A DNA stretch of 44,277 bases from Acidobacteriaceae bacterium. Its GTDB lineage: Bacteria > Acidobacteriota > Terriglobia > Terriglobales > Acidobacteriaceae. Where the stretch lies: contig JBDUDA010000001.1 in NCBI GenBank assembly GCA_040003205.1, positions 1 to 44,277 of the forward strand, given 5' to 3'. The notes beneath the pieces were generated by a model, which searched no databases, had not been told where the DNA came from, and saw only the letters and a list, made by a program, of their open reading frames with translations. Positions 26,797 to 34,194 of the stretch are shown one piece after another (positions within the stretch are counted from its first letter, which is position 1; each line of letters starts with the position of its first letter). The position numbers were made by a program, and so were the translations under genes.

Positions 26797-27600
26797 GTGT
26801 TCCCCAGACTCTTTCATATCGGAAATTTTAGTCTGCCCACGTACGGGCTGCTGGTCGCGACCGGAGTTCTGGTTGGCATGTGGATCAGCGTACGCAACTC
26901 CGAACGGCAAGGTATCAATCCTGAGCACGCCTGGAATTTTGGCATTCTGGTTGTCTTGTTTGGAATCGTCGGCGCCAAGGTGCTCTACATCATCAACGAT
27001 TGGAGCATCTACGCGGCGCATCCACGAGAAATTTTCAGCATCAGCACACTGCAAGCGGGTGGCGTGTTTTCGGGAGGACTGATCGGCGCATTCGCTGCCG
27101 CTGCGTGGTATATCAGGAAACATCACATGCCGGCGCTCGCCACTTGCGACGCTTTTGCTCCCGGACTGGCGATCGGTCACGCCATCGGGCGTGTGGGATG
27201 TTTCGCCGCAGGATGCTGCTACGGCAAACCTACACATCATTTCTGGGGAGTTACGTTTACCAATCCGCTGACGAATTATTGGACGGGCACGCCGCTGAAC
27301 CAGTCTCTGGAGCCGACGCAACTGCTGGAATCTGCGGCCGAGCTGGCGATTTTTTTTACCCTGATGGGGATGTTCAAGCGCAAGAAATTCGAGGGCCAGG
27401 TTTTCGGGGCCTATCTTTTTTTGTACGGTGTCGCCCGCTTTTTTCTGGAATTCCTGCGCGACGATCCCGGACGCGGAGAAGTCTTCGGTGGCATCATGAG
27501 CGGCACGCAACTGATCTCGATTTGCCTGGTGCTCGGCGGTGGAGTGATTTGGTGGCTGCGTCCCACGGCGAAGGCCTTGCCGGTGGCTACCGCCCGGTAA
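26797..27600 (+). CDS. lgt: prolipoprotein diacylglyceryl transferase
   Basis: 267 aa with a GTG start. The Lgt-like N-terminus is FPRLFHIGNFSLPTYGLLVATG and the conserved region is GRVGCFAAGCCYGKPT. Confidence 0.88.
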   Translation: MFPRLFHIGNFSLPTYGLLVATGVLVGMWISVRNSERQGINPEHAWNFGILVVLFGIVGAKVLYIINDWSIYAAHPREIFSISTLQAGGVFSGGLIGAFAAAAWYIRKHHMPALATCDAFAPGLAIGHAIGRVGCFAAGCCYGKPTHHFWGVTFTNPLTNYWTGTPLNQSLEPTQLLESAAELAIFFTLMGMFKRKKFEGQVFGAYLFLYGVARFFLEFLRDDPGRGEVFGGIMSGTQLISICLVLGGGVIWWLRPTAKALPVATAR

Positions 27601-27700
27601 TCACGAAATCACTGAACGCCGATAATCGCCGGGGCCGCGTTCCATGCAGAATAGAGTCGTCCCCCGATTCGTTTATGCTCAGGGAGGCGGTCAACGAATT

Positions 27701-27759
27701 TAGGGACCCTTCATTGGCAGGTCTTCGCCAGCGAAGGACCGTGCTGCTTCAGGATGACA
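27701..27759 (-). repeat. TGTCAT...CCCTAT element, degenerate long form, reverse
   Basis: tagggacccttcattggcaggtcttcgccagcgaaggaccgtgctgcttcaggatgaca. Confidence 0.7.
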
Positions 27760-27769
27760 AAGTAATTAT

Positions 27770-27827
27770 TGTCATGTTGAGCGGACGGAGTCGCGTTAGC
27801 GACCGAGGGAAGTCGAAACACCCCTAT
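27770..27827 (+). repeat. TGTCAT...CCCTAT element, long form, forward
   Basis: tgtcatgttgagcggacggagtcgcgttagcgaccgagggaagtcgaaacacccctat. Its TGTCAT end faces the TGTCAT end of 27701-27759 across a 10-nt spacer. Confidence 0.85.
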
Positions 27828-28023
27828 CCCTGCCACAGTGTCGAGCGCAGCCCGGGTGGCTGGCTAAGCACTTTGAGCCAGACCAGGAAAAGGGTATGCT
27901 TCCGCCGTGACGGAGAGATGGACATTCTGGCTATTGATTGTTTTAGCCCTGGCCATCGTGTTTCTCGCGTACCACATTCTGACCACCCACGGCGCTCCTC
28001 TCTGGTGATGCGGAACAATTGCC

Positions 28024-29013
28024 ATGCCTGCGTCCGAGTTTCCCAAAAACTTTGCGGTTACGTCTGAAGACACAGGCAAGCGCCTGGATCAATTCCTGGC
28101 TTCCCATCTCACAGAAACAAGCCGCGCCCGCGTGCAGCAATTGATCGCCGAGCAGCAAGTAAAGGTGAACGAAGCCGCTGCAAAGGCGTCGGCTCGTTTG
28201 CGTGCAGGGGACCAAGTCTCAGTGTTAGGGGAAGTCCAGCCTCCGCCACTGCGTGCCATCGCGGAAGAAATTCCGCTAGACATAGTTTATGAAGACGCCG
28301 ACCTCGCAGTTGTAAACAAACCGTCCGGCATGATGGTGCATGCGGGCGCTGGGGCGACCGAGGCTGAACGCAATCGCGGCACCCTGGTCAATGCCCTTCT
28401 GCACCGCTTTGGGGAGCTATCGGATGTTGGCGGCGAACTGCGTCCAGGAATTGTGCATCGCCTTGACAAAGCCACCAGCGGCTTGATCATCGTTGCTAAA
28501 AATGATGAGGCGCATCGCCGACTGTCGGCTGCCTTCGCTGCCCGGAAAGTAAAGAAAACTTACATCGCGCTCGTTCATGGATGGATGGAAAAAGAAAAAG
28601 GGACAGTGAGCAGTAGTATCAGCCGAGACCCGGTTCGGCGAACGCGCATGACGACGCGCGGCCCGGGGCGGGAAGCGATTACTCATTACAAGGTCCTGCG
28701 CCGTATCGAGTCGCGTTTTGGCAAATTCACTCTGCTGGAAGTGCAGATTGATACGGGACGCACCCATCAGATTCGCGTGCATCTTTCGTCGCTCAAGCAT
28801 CCCGTGGTCGGAGACGCACTCTACGGTGCTCCCCGTGAGATTCACGAATTGCAGGGACGCGGCCAGCAGCAGTCGAACATTTCACTTGCGAGAAACTTTC
28901 TGCATGCTGCGGCTTTGCGCTTCGAACATCCGCGCAGTGGTGAAGCTGTTTCGCTCGCGGCCCCGCTGCCCGCTGAGTTGGAGGACTTTTTGGCTAAACT
29001 CGCCGGCGACTGA
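28024..29013 (+). CDS. rluD: RluA/RluD-family 23S rRNA pseudouridine synthase
   Basis: 329 aa with an S4-like N-terminus (KRLDQFLA). The catalytic motif is GIVHRLDKATSGLIIVAKN, and the sequence also contains TGRTHQIRVHL. Confidence 0.88.
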   Translation: MPASEFPKNFAVTSEDTGKRLDQFLASHLTETSRARVQQLIAEQQVKVNEAAAKASARLRAGDQVSVLGEVQPPPLRAIAEEIPLDIVYEDADLAVVNKPSGMMVHAGAGATEAERNRGTLVNALLHRFGELSDVGGELRPGIVHRLDKATSGLIIVAKNDEAHRRLSAAFAARKVKKTYIALVHGWMEKEKGTVSSSISRDPVRRTRMTTRGPGREAITHYKVLRRIESRFGKFTLLEVQIDTGRTHQIRVHLSSLKHPVVGDALYGAPREIHELQGRGQQQSNISLARNFLHAAALRFEHPRSGEAVSLAAPLPAELEDFLAKLAGD

Positions 29014-29037
29014 ATCCGATTTCTTATTGCAGATATA

Positions 29038-30156
29038 ATGAGCGCAACCATGAAGCTGCGCGGCGTCATTCTTTTTGTTGCAAGTTTCACGCTGGCTGCT
29101 GGCCTCTTTGCGCAGCAGGATTCCCCACCGAGTTCTGGGGCCGACACTCTGCCCTCCGCGCCCTCGGCGACCGTGCGCCAACAAAAAAAATCCCCGCCTC
29201 CAGCCCCAACGGCCGCGCCAACTCCAGCGCCTGCGGCCGCTACAACCGATGACCCCAAGCCGCAAGCTCCGCCTGCGTCGGAGTCCAGTAGGTCGCCCGC
29301 CCCGGTTGAGCCGGCAGACACGACCATCCGACGCACCGTGAATGAAGTTAACGTTGTGTTCACCGTCACAGATCGTCACGGACACTATGTGAACGATCTG
29401 AAGAAAACCGATTTTCAGGTGCTGGACGACAATAAGCCGGCTGCGGAGATTCGCAGCTTCCACCGCGAAACCGATTTGCCTTTGCAGGTTGGCCTTCTGG
29501 TGGACGCGAGCAATTCGGTGCGCGACCGTTTTAAGTTCGAGCAGGAATCCGCGATTGAGTTTTTGAGCCAGACTATCCGTCCGAAGTATGACCGGGCTTT
29601 CGTGGTCGGATTCGATGTCACTCCTGAGGTCACGCAGGATTTCACTGACAATACCGAAGCGCTCTCCGTGGGCGTTCGCGCGCTGCGGCCGGGCGGCGGG
29701 ACGGCGATGTACGATGCGCTCTACTTCGCGTGCCGCGACAAACTCCTGAAAGAGCAGCAGGACGTCGCAACCAGGCGCGCGATCATCCTTCTTAGCGACG
29801 GGGATGACAATCAGAGCCACGTGTCGCGCGAAGAAGCAATTGAGATGTCGCAGCGCGCCGAGGTCGTCGTTTACACCATCAGTACGAATGTGAGTGGAAA
29901 TCCGGACCGGGGCGACAAAGTATTACAGCGTATCGCGGAAGCTACCGGAGGCCGCGCCTTCTTTCCATTTCAAATCAGAGACGTTGCGAATGCGTTCGCG
30001 GAAATTCAGAATGAACTACGCAGTCAGTACGCGCTCTCATATAAACCCGCCGAACTCGCCGCAGGCGGACGCTATCACTCGATCGAAATCATTGCCCAAA
30101 ATCACAAGGGATTGAGGATTCGCAGCCGGCATGGCTACTACGCGCCCGCGCAGTAG
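29038..30156 (+). CDS. secreted VWA-domain protein (acidobacterial VWFA-related type)
   Basis: Signal peptide and Pro/Ala-rich linker. Contains the pre-VWA module LKKTDFQVLDDNKPAAEIRSF, an intact MIDAS motif LLVDASNS, ILLSDGDDNQS, and a C-terminal RSRHGYYAPAQ. Confidence 0.8.
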   Translation: MSATMKLRGVILFVASFTLAAGLFAQQDSPPSSGADTLPSAPSATVRQQKKSPPPAPTAAPTPAPAAATTDDPKPQAPPASESSRSPAPVEPADTTIRRTVNEVNVVFTVTDRHGHYVNDLKKTDFQVLDDNKPAAEIRSFHRETDLPLQVGLLVDASNSVRDRFKFEQESAIEFLSQTIRPKYDRAFVVGFDVTPEVTQDFTDNTEALSVGVRALRPGGGTAMYDALYFACRDKLLKEQQDVATRRAIILLSDGDDNQSHVSREEAIEMSQRAEVVVYTISTNVSGNPDRGDKVLQRIAEATGGRAFFPFQIRDVANAFAEIQNELRSQYALSYKPAELAAGGRYHSIEIIAQNHKGLRIRSRHGYYAPAQ

Positions 30157-30171
30157 CAGTCACCTGCAACG

Positions 30172-31224
30172 TTACTCGTGCTTGGGCACCGCGTAGTAAC
30201 CCGAACGCGCCTGAATCTTATAGTCCTTCGTGTTAGGCCGCACTTCAACCTTCCTGAAAGTCCCGTCCAGCGCAGTGTTCACGGGGGTGTAGCCAATGTT
30301 GTACTGGCTGCGAAGCTCGTTGGAAATTTGGTCGAAGGCAGATTTCAGCTTGTCCATCTTGTTTCCGACTTCGATGACTCTGCCTCCGGTTTCCTGCGCA
30401 AGTTTTTTCATTTCGCTGTCGCCGGAGAAGCCTCCAAAGCCACCGTAAAATCCGCGGTCCGCGCACAACAAAACGTAAACAATGCTGTCCGATTTCTGCG
30501 CGGCTTCCTCGGCGTCTTTTAGTTTGAGCTGGCTGCCCTGATCTTCTCCGTCGGTGAGGATGATCATGGCTTTGCGTCCAACTTGCTGCGCGAGCTCATC
30601 GTGCGACGCGAGATAGATGGCGTCATAGAGAACCGTGCCCTTCGGCCCGTTCGCGGTGGGAACCGGACCGCCGCCCATGCCCGGAATCACGCCGCCGCCA
30701 CCCCCGGTATTGATGGTCGTACTGTTCATGGCTACTTTCAGCAGATGGACGGAGCTGGTGAAATCCTGCAACAGATTGGCATTCACATTAAAATCGAGCA
30801 CGAAGGCCAAATCTTTTTCGCGCATGATCTGGCTGAGGAAGTCGCCTCCAACCTGCTTTTCCATGTCAAGCACGCGAGCCTGGCTGCCGCTGGAGTCAAT
30901 CAGAATTCCGAGCGTTAGCGGGAGATTGGATTCCGCCGTGAAGTACTTGATGGTTTGTGGTTTGCCATCCTCGAAAATTTGAAAATCATTTTTCGTGAGG
31001 CTGGGGATGAGACCGCCCTTTTTATCCTTGACGTTGAAAAAGAGCTGGACCACGTTGACGTTGACCTTAAGGGTCTCCATTGACTGGTCGCGGGATTGGT
31101 CGTTGCCTGTTTGGTCGCCTGTCTTCTGGTCCCCTGACTGACTGAAGCCCGGGCTGGAGAGAGCGATCGAAAAACACAGCGCCACGAGCGCGCTCGACAA
31201 TCGGAAAAAGGAAGGCTTACGCAT
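30172..31224 (-). CDS. secreted VWA-domain protein (paralogue 2)
   Basis: Signal peptide. Contains LTKNDFQIFEDGKPQTIKYF, MIDAS motif ILIDSSGS, IILTDGEDQGS, and a C-terminal ARSGYYAVPKHE. It is convergent with paralogue 1, with 15 nt between the stops. Confidence 0.8.
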   Translation of the reverse strand: MRKPSFFRLSSALVALCFSIALSSPGFSQSGDQKTGDQTGNDQSRDQSMETLKVNVNVVQLFFNVKDKKGGLIPSLTKNDFQIFEDGKPQTIKYFTAESNLPLTLGILIDSSGSQARVLDMEKQVGGDFLSQIMREKDLAFVLDFNVNANLLQDFTSSVHLLKVAMNSTTINTGGGGGVIPGMGGGPVPTANGPKGTVLYDAIYLASHDELAQQVGRKAMIILTDGEDQGSQLKLKDAEEAAQKSDSIVYVLLCADRGFYGGFGGFSGDSEMKKLAQETGGRVIEVGNKMDKLKSAFDQISNELRSQYNIGYTPVNTALDGTFRKVEVRPNTKDYKIQARSGYYAVPKHE

Positions 31225-31366
31225 GCAATTTGCTCTCGCTATCTTTTTGGTAGTCTAGTGCTGCCAGTTTAGATGCATAAAAATGGACATGTCCGCATCG
31301 AAGCTAGGAAGAGCGAAAACGCTCACCGAATAAGCATAGCGGTAGCTGGCTCAGCTGGCCAGGAGA

Positions 31367-31397
31367 AGCAGGTCCCTCGGCTGCGCTCGGGATGACA
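31367..31397 (-). repeat. short-form element (CTGCT-tail variant), reverse
   Basis: agcaggtccctcggctgcgctcgggatgaca. It lies in the divergent region between VWA paralogues 2 and 3. Confidence 0.8.
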
Positions 31398-31440
31398 GTT
31401 TGTGTAATAGCGAGAGACCCTACTGACGGAAAGGCTCCTC

Positions 31441-32838
31441 ATGGCGATCGCGCGACCGTTGAAAAAAATTGGCTTTTGGCGAACCGTGATGGTGGCGCTT
31501 TTCATGGTCTCTACCGTTGCTACGGGACAGCAAGCGGCCCAAAATCCTGATCAGGGCATCCCGGACGCCCCCTCCACGGTACAACCTCCTAAACCGGCGC
31601 CGACCCTTCCCGATAAAATCGCGCCTGAAACTGGACCTCCCGGCAGATCGAGTGAAGATAGCTCGAGCGGAGATAGCGCTCACGGAGCGATCCCGGACTC
31701 GGTTCCGGCGCCGCCTCCGGGTACGCCGTCTTCCGACGAGCCCGCTCAGCCCGCCCCACCTCTGAACGTCAAAACGGTTCCGGAAGGTGGCGCGACTCCT
31801 GACCAAAATGCCGCAGGCGCCACTCCTGCCAACGGCGCGGGCAAGAATGAAGAACTTTTCAAGATTGTGGCGACTGTAAACCAGGTGCTCATTCCGGTAA
31901 GGGTCACAGACGGTTCCGGCCGGATGGAAAACGGCTTGCTGCCGAAGGACTTCTCGATCTACGAAGAAGGCAAGAAGCAGGCCCTGAACTTCTTCACCAG
32001 CGACCCATTCGCGCTCTCTGCGGCAATCGTACTCGATCTCGGCATGCCGGATATCGCAGTCCAAAAAGTGAATCAGACATTCACCGCCTTGCAGGGTGCG
32101 TTCAGTCCCTATGATGAGGTCTCTGTCTACACATACAGTTCAACGGTCGGCAAAGCCACTGACTTCGGAGCAGCCGGACAAAGACTTACGTCAGCGATGA
32201 TGGGACTAAAGACAGTCAGAGGGCGAAATAACGGGCCTCCGGTCTTAGGAGGACCACTAGGATCGCAGGGTCCCATGGTGAATAACGTTCCCATTGATCC
32301 CGGAGCGCCTATCGTCGTGACTCCGCCGAAAGAGTCTCACGTTTTGAATGACGCCATTCTTGCGGCTGCCCTGGATTTGAGCAGGCGCGACCGGTCGCGC
32401 AGAAAAATCATTTTCATCATCAGCGATGGACGAGAATATCGCAGCACCGCAAGCTACAGCGACGTCCTGAAAGTGCTGCTCTCAAACGGGATCGCAGTCT
32501 ATGGCGTGGGAGTTGAAAGCGCTGCAATTCCCGGCTACAACAAACTTGAAAGATTGCACATCCCCCGTTTTGGATACAGCGATATCCTGCCAAAATACGC
32601 GTCCGCCACGGCTGGCGAGCTCTTCACCGAATATTCCAAGGCCAATATTGAGAGTATTTACTCGCGCGCATTTGGGGATGCCCGCAACCAGTACACTCTC
32701 GGCTATGTCACTCGTGCCACACCCAGCAGCGCCTATCGCGAGATTGAGGTCCGCGTAAGCCGTCCAGAGGTAAAAGTATTCGCCAAGGACGGCTACTATC
32801 CGCTGCCTCGCGGATTGTCCTTGCCTGTGCCCAAGTAG
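31441..32838 (+). CDS. secreted VWA-like protein (paralogue 3, MIDAS motif degenerate)
   Basis: Signal peptide and long Pro-rich linker. Contains LLPKDFSIYEEGKKQALNFF. The position of DxSxS reads IVLDLGMPD. It also has FIISDGREYRS and C-terminal AKDGYYPLPRG. Confidence 0.75.
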   Translation: MAIARPLKKIGFWRTVMVALFMVSTVATGQQAAQNPDQGIPDAPSTVQPPKPAPTLPDKIAPETGPPGRSSEDSSSGDSAHGAIPDSVPAPPPGTPSSDEPAQPAPPLNVKTVPEGGATPDQNAAGATPANGAGKNEELFKIVATVNQVLIPVRVTDGSGRMENGLLPKDFSIYEEGKKQALNFFTSDPFALSAAIVLDLGMPDIAVQKVNQTFTALQGAFSPYDEVSVYTYSSTVGKATDFGAAGQRLTSAMMGLKTVRGRNNGPPVLGGPLGSQGPMVNNVPIDPGAPIVVTPPKESHVLNDAILAAALDLSRRDRSRRKIIFIISDGREYRSTASYSDVLKVLLSNGIAVYGVGVESAAIPGYNKLERLHIPRFGYSDILPKYASATAGELFTEYSKANIESIYSRAFGDARNQYTLGYVTRATPSSAYREIEVRVSRPEVKVFAKDGYYPLPRGLSLPVPK

Positions 32839-32980
32839 GACCGCGCGCGACGGTGATAACCACAGTAACCTGTTAGTAACACACGGCTTTGTGTTATAAA
32901 ACCAGCAGTACAAAAGCCAAAATCTCTCGTCGCAGCGTTCGCCGGATATCCGAACGTTTGTAGCAGGTTTGAGGAAATTC

Positions 32981-33568
32981 TTGAGTTTCATCAACTTTGC
33001 AGCCCGCGAAATTAATTGCAAAATCGTGTATTACGGCGCCGGGCTGGGCGGCAAGACTACCAATCTGCAACACATCTACAAGAAAACAGCCGAGCAGCAG
33101 AAGGGGAAAATGATCTCCCTCGCCACGGAGACGGAACGTACCCTGTTTTTCGATTTCCTTCCGCTGGATTTAGGCTCGGTGCGCGGCTTCAAGACCAGAA
33201 TCCATCTCTATACCGTCCCCGGACAGGTCTTCTACGATGCCAGCCGCAAGCTGATCCTGCGCGGTGTGGACGGCATTGTGTTCGTGGCAGATTCTCAGCA
33301 GGAGCGCATGGACGCCAACGTAGAAGCGCTCGACAATTTGATGGACAACCTCAAAGAACACAACTACGACTTCCAGAAAATTCCCTACGTGCTACAGCTC
33401 AACAAGCGGGATTTGCCTAACATTCTTCCGGTTGACACGTTAACGAAAGAGTTGCGACGAAAGAATGAAACCGTGATTGAGGCGATTGCATTCCAGGGCG
33501 GGGGCGTATTCGAGACCCTCAAAGATATCGCACGACAAGTGCTGGTGGAATTGAAACAAGGCGGGTAG
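32981..33568 (+). CDS. mglA: MglA-type Ras-like small GTPase
   Basis: From TTG 32981 (GAGGA at 32971-32975) the product is 195 aa. It begins (M)[28 protein letters not shown] and continues ...[10 protein letters not shown]...[30 protein letters not shown]...LNKRDL. As I recall it, this is collinear with Myxococcus MglA. The track ORF starts 12 nt upstream. Confidence 0.85.
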   Translation: MSFINFAAREINCKIVYYGAGLGGKTTNLQHIYKKTAEQQKGKMISLATETERTLFFDFLPLDLGSVRGFKTRIHLYTVPGQVFYDASRKLILRGVDGIVFVADSQQERMDANVEALDNLMDNLKEHNYDFQKIPYVLQLNKRDLPNILPVDTLTKELRRKNETVIEAIAFQGGGVFETLKDIARQVLVELKQGG

Positions 33569-33650
33569 CCCCAAAGTTTGCGCCTGACACTTTGCTATTT
33601 GTCCTGAAGACTCCCTCAGCGGCTAAAGCCTCATCCAAAACAGGTTTCGC

Positions 33651-33671
33651 GGCACGAGTGAACTTCGTGCC
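33651..33671. terminator. hairpin between convergent mglA and the small ORF
   Basis: ggcacga-gtgaact-tcgtgcc forms a 7-bp stem flanked by modest T/A runs on both sides. Confidence 0.35.
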
Positions 33672-33720
33672 CTTTCGAAACTTTCTACTGTGTTTTTGTT
33701 TCTTCGACGCGACAAACCTT

Positions 33721-33915
33721 CTACGGATGTTTTTCTTTCGCCAGCATGCTCAATTCTTCCATTATTTCTTTGAGACGCTGACGGCGTTCTCCGTTCGCGC
33801 GGGTTGCGAAGGGTTGCGGATCCTCTGATTCGGCGAATTTCTGGTTCAGATTTTGCAGGTTGGCAACTTCAAAGCGGAGAGCCTGCACTCGGGACAGAAT
33901 GTCAGATGCGTACAT
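33721..33915 (-). CDS. hypothetical 64-aa coiled-coil-like protein
   Basis: The ATG at 33915 gives MYASDILSRVQALRFEVANLQNLNQKFAESEDPQPFATRANGERRQRLKEIMEELSMLAKEKHP. No family is recognised. The upstream part of the track ORF runs into repeat sequence. Confidence 0.4.
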   Translation of the reverse strand: MYASDILSRVQALRFEVANLQNLNQKFAESEDPQPFATRANGERRQRLKEIMEELSMLAKEKHP

Positions 33916-33990
33916 ATACCTAGCATACGCTGATTCGTGCAATGCGGTGGCTGGCAGCACATTCGGAAGGCGGACCAAAATAGAGAACCC

Positions 33991-34022
33991 TGTCACTCCG
34001 AGCGAAGCCAAGAAACCCCTAT
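33991..34022 (+). repeat. short-form element, forward
   Basis: tgtcactccgaGCGAAGCcaagaaacccctat. Confidence 0.8.
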
Positions 34023-34074
34023 TTTTTCAGCATAGAACTGGAAATTCGGGAGGGGCGGACAAAAAATAGAAATC

Positions 34075-34106
34075 TGTCATTCCGAGCGAAGCCGAGGAAC
34101 CCCTAT
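34075..34106 (+). repeat. short-form element, forward
   Basis: tgtcattccgaGCGAAGCcgaggaacccctat. Confidence 0.8.
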
Positions 34107-34127
34107 TCCTTCGGCATAGAACTGGAA

Positions 34128-34189
34128 ATAGGGATGCTTCGACTTCAGAGCCTCTTCGTTTCGAAGAGGCTCTTCCGCTCAGCATGACA
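34128..34189 (-). repeat. TGTCAT...CCCTAT element, long form, reverse
   Basis: atagggatgcttcgacttcagagcctcttcgtttcgaagaggctcttccgctcagcatgaca. The inner hairpin is agagcctcttcg/cgaagaggctct. Confidence 0.85.
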
Positions 34190-34194
34190 AGGAA

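Larger units (their letters stand above)
33971..34133. repeat. tandem duplication (~80-nt units, period ~85 nt), each unit carrying a short-form element
   Basis: Unit 1 (33971-34050) and unit 2 (34056-34133) share cggacaaaatagaNNNctgtcaYtccgagcgaagccRagRaacccctatt...gcatagaactggaaat. Confidence 0.8.

Noticed and set aside
27000-28067. A 355-aa ORF spanning the lgt 3' half, the lgt-rluD spacer and the rluD start.
   Set aside because: It is out of frame with lgt over 600 nt and reads straight through two repeat elements. Its composition is Arg-rich and low-complexity, and it has no domain signature.
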